NCBI GenBank assembly: GCA_965206985.1
Contig: CBDBLF010000021.1
Span: 38,204-102,203, forward strand
Source of the DNA: Spirochaetota bacterium
GTDB lineage: Bacteria > Spirochaetota > Leptospiria > Turneriellales > CBDBES01
DNA length: 64,000 nt
Direction of reading: 5' to 3'
Translations under genes and position numbers: made by a program
Shown: positions 30,788 to 41,248 of the stretch, piece by piece
Position numbering within the stretch: the stretch's first letter is position 1
Layout: each line of letters opens with the position of its first letter
Notes under the pieces: generated by a model
Databases searched by the model: none
What the model was told of the DNA's origin: nothing
Seen by the model: the letters and a program-made list of their open reading frames with translations, nothing else

Positions 30788-32673
30788 GAGGCTGTGCGGG
30801 AACTAGGATTTTTCTTGCTTTTCTGTGTTCTTCTTTGTTTATGTCTTATTATGAAACGATTTATGAAAAGTGATAGAGATCAAGTTATGCTGTTTTCGCA
30901 TACTATAGCAGACAATTTAGAAGAAAATCACGAGGTTTATGCCTTTGCTGCCTTGTTAGATAAAATTCCTATGAAACCATTTCTTTCTAAGTACTCAAAA
31001 GAAGGGGGTCGGGCTTACCATCCGGTTATAATGCTGGGATGCCTTTTTTATGGCTTTCATCGTGGATGGAGAAGCAGCAGAGAATTACAAAAAGCCTGTG
31101 AAGAGAACGACGCCATGCGTTATTTAGTTGGTGGTCATAAAGTAAAGTTTCGGTCTATTGCTGAATTCCGTGTTAATTTTGGTAAAGAAATTGGCGAAGT
31201 TTTTAATTACTCTGTATCTTTGCTATCCCACAAAAAGAAAAATATTGGTACTGATGTTAAGGTAGATGGAACTAAAATCAAAGCCAGTGCTGCTGACGAT
31301 CAAACATACAAAAAGTCAGATTTAGAGGAACGTAAAAGAGCTATACAGCAAGAGATCTTAGAGTATCTACGCTCAGGTAGAGAATTAGATATTGAGGAAG
31401 ATAAACTATATGGTAAAGACAACAGTGGCTATGAGCTTAATCCTGAAGAGGTAGATACGGTCATTGAGGAGTTTATTCGCTTACAAAAAGCGAGTGAAAA
31501 GGCAAAGAGAGAGTCATTAAAAACAGCAGAAGGAAAGCAAAGTGAACCAGCCGAGTTTTCTACATCTGTTGAAAAAGATTCTTCAGAAACTATGGAAGGT
31601 ACACAGGATATAGAAGCTCTAAAAACAGGAGAAAAAGAAGTTGAGGTCTTTTTAGAAGATACAACTAATTCTCATGCTAACGAGCCAGAATTATTGATAA
31701 ATGAAGACCAGGCTGCAGAGGATAATGATTCTGTTATGCTTAGGAAAGCTCAAAAGTATGTTACAATCAGTAAAAGTCTGGAAGAGAATCAAGAGTCTGC
31801 TTCTGATTCTAAAATAAATCTTACTGATCCAGATGCTAAATTCATGAAACGGAATGGTAAAATTTCTCAAAGCTACAACATTCAAGTTACCTCATCAGAA
31901 GGCTATATTTTGGCAGCTGACATTGCTGAAGCTAATTCAGAAAATGATTTAGAGCAATTAGCTCCTACCCTTTCTAAAGCTGAGTCAAACACAGGGACCA
32001 GTATACGGACAGCTTCTGCAGATTCGGGTTACTTTCATTCAAGTGGTTTGGAATACCTGGATTCAAAAGGGATCAATGGTTTTATACCTTCACCTGATCA
32101 GGTAGCCAAAGAAAGAAAAGGAGAAGAGGGTTCAGGTTATGAAGCTCATCAGTTTAAATATGACGAGGATGATGATTCTTGGGTTTGCCCCGAGGGTAAA
32201 ACCTTAGAATTTCATAATGAATCTGTGAAAGATAAAAAGAAATATACTCATTATCATGGTAAACCTCCTGACTGTGTCATTTGCCCTGCCAGAGAACAAT
32301 GTTGTACGAGCGAAGAAGAGTTACGCAGAGGTTATCGCAAATTGTCAGTAGACTCTGGTTTTGCTTTAAAACATGAAATGATCAAGAAGATGAATTCAGA
32401 AGAAGCAAAGTCTTTCTATAAAAAGCGAGGTTCTGAAATTGAACCCATTTTTGGAATTTTGAAACAAGCCAAAAAGTTCAGAGAATTCTTGCTCAGAGGC
32501 AGTAAAAAGGTTCAAATAGAGGTAAAAATCGCAGCTACAGCATTTAATTTTGGCAAAATGGTACGAGAACAACTTGCATAAACTATAAATTCCTTGACAT
32601 ATTTGAAAAATGAGACTGACGCAGCAAATATCTCATAAAATGCACTGAAAAATCCTAGTTCCTGCACAAGCTC
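30788..32673 (+). mobile_element. IS1182-family IS, copy C, nested in the IS481-like IR
   Basis: 1886 bp; TSD CTAT at 30784-30787 / 32674-32677; variant left end GAGGCTGTGCGGGAAC. Confidence 0.93.
30851..32581 (+). CDS. IS1182-family transposase
   Basis: ATG at 30851; private substitutions DTVIEE, ETMEG, SIRTAS, EEGSG. Confidence 0.93.
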   Translation: MKRFMKSDRDQVMLFSHTIADNLEENHEVYAFAALLDKIPMKPFLSKYSKEGGRAYHPVIMLGCLFYGFHRGWRSSRELQKACEENDAMRYLVGGHKVKFRSIAEFRVNFGKEIGEVFNYSVSLLSHKKKNIGTDVKVDGTKIKASAADDQTYKKSDLEERKRAIQQEILEYLRSGRELDIEEDKLYGKDNSGYELNPEEVDTVIEEFIRLQKASEKAKRESLKTAEGKQSEPAEFSTSVEKDSSETMEGTQDIEALKTGEKEVEVFLEDTTNSHANEPELLINEDQAAEDNDSVMLRKAQKYVTISKSLEENQESASDSKINLTDPDAKFMKRNGKISQSYNIQVTSSEGYILAADIAEANSENDLEQLAPTLSKAESNTGTSIRTASADSGYFHSSGLEYLDSKGINGFIPSPDQVAKERKGEEGSGYEAHQFKYDEDDDSWVCPEGKTLEFHNESVKDKKKYTHYHGKPPDCVICPAREQCCTSEEELRRGYRKLSVDSGFALKHEMIKKMNSEEAKSFYKKRGSEIEPIFGILKQAKKFREFLLRGSKKVQIEVKIAATAFNFGKMVREQLA

Positions 32674-32701
32674 CTATCATCCTTCTCTCTCCCATTCAGC
32701 T

Positions 32702-33805
32702 CTAATTATAGGGATGGAGAATAGGATTGTACCCCCCTACGACCATTGGCATCTTTTGAAATAAATAGTCCAGTCGAAACGGTGGTAAATTTAATATTTG
32801 TTTGTCAATAGTTGTGCTTTCCTCTCGGATCAGCTGCCAGGGCGATTTATTCTCTTTGTAAGAATTTTTTCTTATTGAATTGAACATCAATAGATAGGAG
32901 CCAGCTTTGTTGAGAAAGTCTTCTCTTGAATTATACGTTTCATTCAGGTAAAGGTGATCCTCAATCAATCTATGAGTCGTTTCAACATCAGACTGCCAAG
33001 TATGCGCTCCAGCAGGGATCGTCTGGTGTGGCACACCATAACTGGCTAATACTTTTGTAAACTCCGAATCTCCTTTTTTATTCCAAGCACCAATAAACTC
33101 TGAGCCATTATCTGTTTGCCCTCTCGTATTATTTTTCTTTAAATCAACCCCTGATTTTACAAGATGATCTAAAATTACCTCCATAAACAGACAAGAGTAT
33201 GCCATATTATACTCATCTGCAAAAGCTAGAAATTGTAAGCCAGAAAAAACTTCTCTGAAGGTATATTGATATTTCGGTACAATATTTTCCTGAATATAAG
33301 GCCAAAGCTCAGGAATATCGTATAAATGCTTCGTATCTACGTCAAATTGCTTAAATAAACCCCATAATTTCTTAATTTCACGCAAATTTTGCTTCGTTTT
33401 ATGTTTTCTACGCTTTTTTTTCAAGAGTGCTTGCTCCCTCCACGCTCTGCGAATGGCCTTGACACTCAAGTCTAGTTGGTAAACATTCTTCAGTTCCTGA
33501 GCACCAAAGCCTCGACGTTTCTTTTTAAGAAAGCAAACATAAGCCTTTTCAAAGTCTGTGATTGCATGTGGTGAGTAGTGTGGAGCGTGGCTCTTGTCTT
33601 CCAAGCCAACGTATTTCTCTGATTCAAACCTACGAAACCACTTTTTTACTGTTTTTACAGTCGTTTTAAACATTCTGGCTGTTGGCTTGAAACCATGCTT
33701 CTTGGCATAATGAACCATTTGCATTCTGTATAACTTTTTGTCTTTACTATTTCGCATTACTGCCGAATACCTGTTTAGACAAATAACCTGAGAAGGGTGC
33801 TTCAT
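32702..33805 (-). CDS. IS481-like DDE transposase
   Basis: Protein identical to copies 1 and 2. Confidence 0.88.
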   Translation of the reverse strand: MKHPSQVICLNRYSAVMRNSKDKKLYRMQMVHYAKKHGFKPTARMFKTTVKTVKKWFRRFESEKYVGLEDKSHAPHYSPHAITDFEKAYVCFLKKKRRGFGAQELKNVYQLDLSVKAIRRAWREQALLKKKRRKHKTKQNLREIKKLWGLFKQFDVDTKHLYDIPELWPYIQENIVPKYQYTFREVFSGLQFLAFADEYNMAYSCLFMEVILDHLVKSGVDLKKNNTRGQTDNGSEFIGAWNKKGDSEFTKVLASYGVPHQTIPAGAHTWQSDVETTHRLIEDHLYLNETYNSREDFLNKAGSYLLMFNSIRKNSYKENKSPWQLIREESTTIDKQILNLPPFRLDYLFQKMPMVVGGYNPILHPYN

Positions 33806-33987
33806 TAGGAACCTCTGTTTTATTTGATGATTTAACGTCGGCCTTTTGATGCACCTTTTTTAGGAAAATGTCTTTCACTTGCTCTACCAGTAAACCCAAG
33901 CCTTTTGAACCAAATAACTTGATTTGAACCAATTCTGAACCAACTAATGATGGTCGTAGGGGGGTACTATCATCCTTCTCTCTCCCA
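32709..33987 (-). mobile_element. IS481-like element copy 3 (intact, 1279 bp)
   Basis: Uninterrupted TIRs; TTCAGCTCTAATTA at 32695-32708 and 33988-34001. Confidence 0.92.
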
Positions 33988-34006
33988 TTCAGCTCTAATT
34001 ATAAAC

Positions 34007-34035
34007 TTGACACAATGATGTTATATTTATCTCTG
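34007..34035 (+). promoter_or_regulatory. Probable 16S rRNA promoter
   Basis: Perfect TTGACA at 34007-34012, about 130 bp upstream of 16S; -10 not clearly assignable. Confidence 0.55.
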
Positions 34036-34059
34036 GCTGTACCTGAGTAAGTAGTGATC

Positions 34060-34094
34060 AGAGGATTTTACTTCTTTGGGTAGCAGACAGCGAC
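34060..34094 (+). other. 16S leader arm of the rRNA processing stem (pairs with 35816-35850)
   Basis: AGAGGATTTTACTTCTTTGGGTAGCAGACAGCGAC is largely complementary (with G-U pairs) to trailer GTTGCTGTCTGTTACCGAGAGAAGTAAAATTTTCT. Confidence 0.75.
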
Positions 34095-34141
34095 GTTAGT
34101 TTATGTTTAATATTGATCTTTAGTTTGAGGTCAAACAATCT

Positions 34142-35673
<1,532 letters not shown>

Positions 35674-35904
35674 AAAAGGAGTAAGCAATGGTTGGTCTTT
35701 AGATTATTTTTGACTGATGGTTGCCAGTTGGCTTAAGCTTAACCAATTTTATTGGTTCTGTTTATGATGTCTGCTCTTGAGTGATCAAGGGCGACATTTT
35801 AGTGAGCATGAAAAAGTTGCTGTCTGTTACCGAGAGAAGTAAAATTTTCTTTTAGAAAGAGGTAGATTAATTTTTGCTGGTAAATGACTGATGGAGATTG
35901 TCTG

Positions 35905-36876
35905 TTAGGTACCCTTTGAAAGATAATTTCGAATGTAGTCATTAACTCCTCTTTCGAGCGACCACTTCGCCTGACTCAAACCTTGGTCTTGAGCTTTCTT
36001 CATTTCTGCCTCGGTGAAATATTGGTATTGTTCACGGATATTCGCAGGGATTTCGATCCATTCAATGATTCGCTTTTTATCTATGGCTGTAAAAACAGCA
36101 TCTGCTAGGTCAAGCCAAGTTCGTGCTCGACCAAACCCCATGTTGTAGACTCCTGATTGTATATTGGGTTGTTTATATATCTCCCATATCCAATGAGCAA
36201 TATCTTCAATGTAAACAAAATCTCGCATTTGTCTGCCATCTTCATATTTTGGATTGTAAGATCTAAATAGCTTTAAGCGACCTGTCTCACTGACCTGATG
36301 AAATGCCTGGTAGACCAGACTCGCCATATTACCTTTGTGTGACTCAGAGTAACCAAATACATTAAAAAACCGAAGCCCATACCACCGTTTTTCAAGAAGT
36401 GGAGGATGATTTCGTGATAAAACCCACTCATCAAAATCTAATTTAGATTGCCCATATGGGTTTAGTGCAACATAGTTTGTGGGACTGTGGTTATCGTCAA
36501 AGCCTTTCTTCCCATCTCCATAGATTGCCGCACTGCTCGCATAGATAAAAGGAATCTGGTGTTCATCACACCACAAGTACAAGTTTTTTGTGTAGAGAGT
36601 GTTATTTTTATACAAAAATTCTTTATTTTGTTCTGTGGTATCTGTGCACGCACCCATGTGAAAAATACATTCAATCGCTTTCTCGTTTCCTTTTAGAAAT
36701 TCCAATAAAGCTTCGCTTTTGACAAATTTTGTGTAAGAGACTTCCCGCAATGGCTCTTGTCTCTCTTGAGGAGTTACCGAATCAACACAAATGATCGTAG
36801 AGCTTGCTTCTTCTTTATTTATTTTTTTAACCAAGGAACTCCCAATAAAACCATTCCCCCCTGTCACGACAAACAT
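35905..36876 (-). CDS. hldD: ADP-L-glycero-D-manno-heptose 6-epimerase
   Basis: TGGNGFIGS, YASSAAIYG, YGQSK, LRFFNVFG..ESHKGNMAS, QYQYFTEA. Confidence 0.93.
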   Translation of the reverse strand: MFVVTGGNGFIGSSLVKKINKEEASSTIICVDSVTPQERQEPLREVSYTKFVKSEALLEFLKGNEKAIECIFHMGACTDTTEQNKEFLYKNNTLYTKNLYLWCDEHQIPFIYASSAAIYGDGKKGFDDNHSPTNYVALNPYGQSKLDFDEWVLSRNHPPLLEKRWYGLRFFNVFGYSESHKGNMASLVYQAFHQVSETGRLKLFRSYNPKYEDGRQMRDFVYIEDIAHWIWEIYKQPNIQSGVYNMGFGRARTWLDLADAVFTAIDKKRIIEWIEIPANIREQYQYFTEAEMKKAQDQGLSQAKWSLERGVNDYIRNYLSKGT

Positions 36877-36980
36877 TTGCCCATTTTATGTTAAAGAGTC
36901 TAATTGTAGAATGCTATTTACAAAACAGGTATCTTTTTTATCATGGTATGCTTGCTCTTAAATTAGGTGGGTAATAAAAA

Positions 36981-38306
36981 GTGAAATTAGGAAAGCCATT
37001 AGCAATTTGTTCGCCAAAAAGGTTACCGTTTGCGCAAATTGGCAAGGCTTTAGCCAAGTATTCGGCACCACACTTGGGTCTAAAAGTAGCAAAGTCTGTC
37101 ATCGAGACATCAAAGCTTTCTTTGGATAGCTTTGATGGTATTGTCACAGGAGAGGGTTTCCCTAATGCCCCAAATTCTGCTAGAGTGGTCGCGAATCTGT
37201 TACGTCTGGACCACAGCACCACGGCTGTTACTGTAAATAATAATTGTGTCTCAGGTATGGAGGGGGTTACTGAAGCTTCGCGTCGCATTTCAATGGGCGA
37301 AGGAGATATTTTTTTAGTCATCGGTGAAGAGTCACAAACATCCATGCCTTTTATCATACAAGGTGCTAGACAAAACAAAAAAACGGCAACCCTCGATAAA
37401 CTAAAGCCACTTTTACCAAATGACCTTCCCGAAGGAGTCGATATTAGAGATATGCTAGAAGACGGTCTTGGTGATGGAGAAACCAGCTTTGGGATGCAGG
37501 TTACAGCTGAAATACTTGCCCAAAATTATTCTATAAAGCGAGAAACTACCGATCATTTTGCTCATCAAAGTTTCAAAAGAGCATATGAGGCATTTGACCA
37601 AGGTTTTTATGATGAACATATTATTCCCGTTGACGATGGTTCCGGTGGTGAGTTAAAAGCCGATGAAGCTGTTCTTCTAAGAAAAGGCCTTGTCGAGAAC
37701 CCTGGTCGTATGGCACGTGCTATGCTCCTCTTTGAAAATCAATATTTAAAATTTGACGAATTTAAAGAAAAATATAAAAAATACTTGAAGAAAACTCATG
37801 GACCCACCATCACTATTTTCTCTGCTAGCCCACGCTCCGATGGTGCAGCTGGTCTGATTCTAACCACAGTGGAAAAAGCAAAGAGCCTCGGTCTTAAAAT
37901 TGATGCCTTGATCACCGGCTGGAAGAACAAAGGTGTTGATCCAAACCTAATGGGAATTGGTCAAGCGGTGGCTACGTTGGATCTTCTAAGTGATATGAAT
38001 ATGAAACCAGACGACCTTGATTATATAGAAATTCATGAGGCGTTTGCCGCAACTGCTGTTGCTACCCTAGAAGAAATAAAAATAAAGTCAGGTTACGATT
38101 GGCAGAAAAAATTTGAAGACAAGAAAATTAATCCTCATGGTGGTTCCATTGCAATCGGTCATCCTTTTGGAGCAACAGGTGTGCGTCTTGCCATGAATGC
38201 AATCATGAATTTCCATCAAGATGCCGATGCGAACAAAGTATTGATTACGGCGTGCGCTCACGGTGGTGTAGCTGGTGCGATGATGATTGAGCGGCCTGCC
38301 GCTTGA
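36981..38306 (+). CDS. Thiolase (acetyl-CoA C-acyltransferase)
   Basis: NNNCVSG, DGAA, EIHEAFA, GGSIAIGHPFGATG, CAHGG. Confidence 0.93.
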   Translation: MKLGKPLAICSPKRLPFAQIGKALAKYSAPHLGLKVAKSVIETSKLSLDSFDGIVTGEGFPNAPNSARVVANLLRLDHSTTAVTVNNNCVSGMEGVTEASRRISMGEGDIFLVIGEESQTSMPFIIQGARQNKKTATLDKLKPLLPNDLPEGVDIRDMLEDGLGDGETSFGMQVTAEILAQNYSIKRETTDHFAHQSFKRAYEAFDQGFYDEHIIPVDDGSGGELKADEAVLLRKGLVENPGRMARAMLLFENQYLKFDEFKEKYKKYLKKTHGPTITIFSASPRSDGAAGLILTTVEKAKSLGLKIDALITGWKNKGVDPNLMGIGQAVATLDLLSDMNMKPDDLDYIEIHEAFAATAVATLEEIKIKSGYDWQKKFEDKKINPHGGSIAIGHPFGATGVRLAMNAIMNFHQDADANKVLITACAHGGVAGAMMIERPAA

Positions 38307-39180
38307 TATGCTACCAAAAAAAACTTTGCTTGTAGAAGAAAAAATTCAACTAAGTTGTCAAGACTGTGCGGGCAGAGGGTATCTTTCCTTTCCTACCGGT
38401 GGTGTCGGCTATAAGAGCCACATTGATTTGTCTGTTTGTCATTGCATTGAGTCTAAGTGTTTTTGTGAAAAAAAACCTCCCTACATGTGGTATGACGATA
38501 AGAATTCAGGGCTGAAGGAGTGTTCATGTCGTCAAGTTAGGCTCATTCTTAGTGAAATTAAACGACTCTACAAATTATCAAGTATACCCCCTAAATATCG
38601 ATTTCGTAAAATTCATGAATTTGAGATCGCTCACGAAAACCCATCTATCGCACGATGCTTGGCTCAAGCCTATGACAATGCCGAACATTTTCTAGAAGAA
38701 ATTTACAAGCAAAAAACTACTAGAGAAGGCTTTGTACGGGGTTGGTATTTCCATGGGTTGCCTGGGTCAGGGAAGACAATGCTCGCTTGTCTTATATTGA
38801 ATGAGGCAATCCTTCGTTATCAATACGGAGTACGTTACGTTAAAGTAGCGAGAGACTTCTTAGATCAGATAAGAGCATCGTATAACCAAGAGTCAGGTTT
38901 TTATGGGAAAGGCGATAACATCATCAACGAATTATATCAGATTGATCTCCTCGTACTGGATGATTTTGGAGTACAGCAAGATACTGAATGGGAAAAAAGA
39001 ATGCTCTATAATTTAATTGATACTCGCTACGAGTATGCAAAGACAACAATCATTACATCCAACTTGGAGCCGAAAGAGTTGCGAACACTTTTTGGTGGTA
39101 GACTTTTATCTCGAATTAAAGAGATGGCACAAATTCAAGATTTTGTAAGCCCTGACTATAGAGAAAAATTTGCTCAATAA
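38287..39180 (+). CDS. DnaC/IstB-like AAA+ ATPase with Cys-rich N-terminus
   Basis: GLPGSGKT, LLVLDDFG, TIITSN, GRLLSRI; several Cys pairs. Confidence 0.8.
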   Translation: MSGLPLDMLPKKTLLVEEKIQLSCQDCAGRGYLSFPTGGVGYKSHIDLSVCHCIESKCFCEKKPPYMWYDDKNSGLKECSCRQVRLILSEIKRLYKLSSIPPKYRFRKIHEFEIAHENPSIARCLAQAYDNAEHFLEEIYKQKTTREGFVRGWYFHGLPGSGKTMLACLILNEAILRYQYGVRYVKVARDFLDQIRASYNQESGFYGKGDNIINELYQIDLLVLDDFGVQQDTEWEKRMLYNLIDTRYEYAKTTIITSNLEPKELRTLFGGRLLSRIKEMAQIQDFVSPDYREKFAQ

Positions 39181-40000
39181 AAACTCCCCAATCGGTATTT
39201 TTGATAGCGGTATTGGTGGGCTTACCGTGTTAAAAGCGATCCGTTCTTTGATGCCTCACGAAGATATTATTTATTTCGGGGATACTGCACGAGTTCCCTA
39301 TGGGTCCAAGTCAAAACAAATAGTAATCAAATATTCGGAAGAAATATTAACTTTTCTTTTAAGTCAACATGTAAAGTGCATTGTTGTCGCTTGCAATACT
39401 GCTTCCTCTTATGCTATGGAATCGCTAAAGAATAAAACAAAAACTCCTATTATGGGGGTGATTGAGCCGGGAGTAGATGCTCTTATCCAAAAAATTGGCA
39501 ATTCTCACGTGGCCGCTTTAGTCGCAACAAATGGAACCATAAAAAGCAAGACATACGAATTGATTCTTCGAGAAAAAAGAAAGGATATCACACTGAAATC
39601 AAAGGCATGTCCTCTTTTTGTCCCATTGGTCGAAGAAAACTTGGTTGATCACAAAATTACAAAAGAAACGATACGCTTTTACCTTCATGACTTCCATGAA
39701 GCAAAGATTAATCATATTATCTTAGGCTGTACCCACTACCCTCACTTGAAAAATACAATTGCGAGAGTATATCCAAATTTTAAGTTGATTGACTCGTCAC
39801 AAGAAGCTTCGATAACACTCAAAATCAAGCTAAAAAGACAAAACCTTTTAACAGATCAAAGCAAAAAAGGTAAAATTAAAATATATGTTTCTGACTCAAT
39901 AGAAAATTTTGATAAAAATAAAGATTTTTTTTTAGGAGAAGAAAGCTATTCTCTTGAAGGGGAAATTTTTAATTGTGTTGCCTCAGTTGATACAGCATAA
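39170..40000 (+). CDS. murI: Glutamate racemase
   Basis: FDSGIGGLT, PYGSK, ACNTAS, GCTHYP. Confidence 0.96.
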   Translation: MLNKNSPIGIFDSGIGGLTVLKAIRSLMPHEDIIYFGDTARVPYGSKSKQIVIKYSEEILTFLLSQHVKCIVVACNTASSYAMESLKNKTKTPIMGVIEPGVDALIQKIGNSHVAALVATNGTIKSKTYELILREKRKDITLKSKACPLFVPLVEENLVDHKITKETIRFYLHDFHEAKINHIILGCTHYPHLKNTIARVYPNFKLIDSSQEASITLKIKLKRQNLLTDQSKKGKIKIYVSDSIENFDKNKDFFLGEESYSLEGEIFNCVASVDTA

Positions 40001-40008
40001 AAAAAAAT

Positions 40009-40908
40009 ATGCTCATGATGCGTCATTCAATTGATTTTCGTCTCTCAAATACTCCAATGCCATTTGCTCAAGAAGTTTATTCTAGGTACTCTGGTAAACT
40101 AAACGCACTTCATCCAGAAGGTTTTTCAAGTAAAAACTTTATTCAACTCGACTACCTTCCTAGTGCAAAAGAATGGGAGAGCATTTTTCATATGTTTCCT
40201 TTTAAAAATTTACTGGAGTACTCGTTTTATTTTGCTAAAATCTCTGTTCATCTATCAGAAAAGCAAAAGACAGAATTAATGATCGCTTATGGAATTCAAG
40301 CCAATGTGGCAAAAGAAAGAGAACTCCTTCAACTTGCTGATTTAAGTTCCCCACTACAATCTTTATTTGTGAATAGAAATATTCCCCCGCGTTTGTTGTT
40401 TCCTCTAAAGTTTTTTAATTATAGGGTAATAGAGAGATTAGCCGAAAACCTTTCGGGCACTTATTTAAAAAATAATGTGGTAAAAGAGATTGTGGAGCTG
40501 TTTATCGATCTCACTCCCAGCATGCAAGAAGCTTTCCTACAAGAAGTGAATCAGGCAAAAAAAAATGCCTCAAAAGATGGTTTCTCTTTTTTAAATGAAC
40601 GTTTTAGAAATATTCTCTACTCTTTACGTTTCCCCACCAGAGAAAAAATAAAAAGTGAAATGTATAATTTGCTGAAACCAGCCCGCGCACAGCTAAAAAA
40701 TATCAAAATTAACTATGATGATACTTTTGAAAGAGATTACCTGAGCCTGGAAGTAAGTATACGGTCTAATTCAGAAATTTATGAACTCTCAAATATTACA
40801 AAAAATCAAGATGTTGTCGAGGCACTCAAACAAGCCTTGACAGTTTTAAAAGACCCTGACCAAACAAAAAATCCTCGGACCTACAAACCAAAAGACAGAC
40901 CACGATGA
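40009..40908 (+). CDS. Hypothetical protein
   Basis: 299-aa ORF in the operon; no recognised motif. Confidence 0.65.
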   Translation: MLMMRHSIDFRLSNTPMPFAQEVYSRYSGKLNALHPEGFSSKNFIQLDYLPSAKEWESIFHMFPFKNLLEYSFYFAKISVHLSEKQKTELMIAYGIQANVAKERELLQLADLSSPLQSLFVNRNIPPRLLFPLKFFNYRVIERLAENLSGTYLKNNVVKEIVELFIDLTPSMQEAFLQEVNQAKKNASKDGFSFLNERFRNILYSLRFPTREKIKSEMYNLLKPARAQLKNIKINYDDTFERDYLSLEVSIRSNSEIYELSNITKNQDVVEALKQALTVLKDPDQTKNPRTYKPKDRPR

Positions 40909-40929
40909 TACTAAAACATAATGCCAAAA

Positions 40930-41047
<118 letters not shown>

Positions 41048-41052
41048 GAGTC

Positions 41053-41080
41053 ATTTTCTTGATAGTATTTCTTATGTCAA
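41053..41080 (-). promoter_or_regulatory. Probable 5S rRNA promoter
   Basis: Minus strand TTGACA-16 nt-GAAAAT just upstream of 5S. Confidence 0.55.
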
Positions 41081-41248
41081 CCGTAATTTAAGTTGGTTAA
41101 AGTTATAATTGTTAAGTCAGCCCAAAAAGTGGGTGTGAAAATATTTTAATTTTACCTTTTTTGCTTTGATTTGTTAAAAGGTTTTGTCTTTTTAGCTTGG
41201 TTTTGAGTGTTATCTCTTCATGGTACTAAAATTTACTAAAAATCATTC

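Larger units (their letters stand above)
29526..32694 (-). mobile_element. IS481-like element copy 2 (interrupted by IS1182 copy C)
   Basis: Same ends as copy 1; preceded by a 15-bp and followed by a 14-bp target copy. Confidence 0.9.

Noticed and set aside
30851-32581. DGR-like A-to-G mutagenesis in IS1182 copy C
   Set aside because: Only four scattered A-to-G changes plus a G-to-A; no reverse transcriptase or TR/VR pair; ordinary transitions explain it
33806-33987. Bridge- or guide-RNA targeting by the IS481-like leader
   Set aside because: No match to either target seen, leaders look identical despite different targets, and the enzyme is DDE rather than IS110/TnpB
26327-34001. CRISPR array or integron cassette array
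   Set aside because: The repeats are target duplications and the intervening units are whole ISs; no cas or intI genes in the window
38287-39180. IS21 element (IstB)
   Set aside because: No IstA, IRs or TSD; embedded in a housekeeping operon
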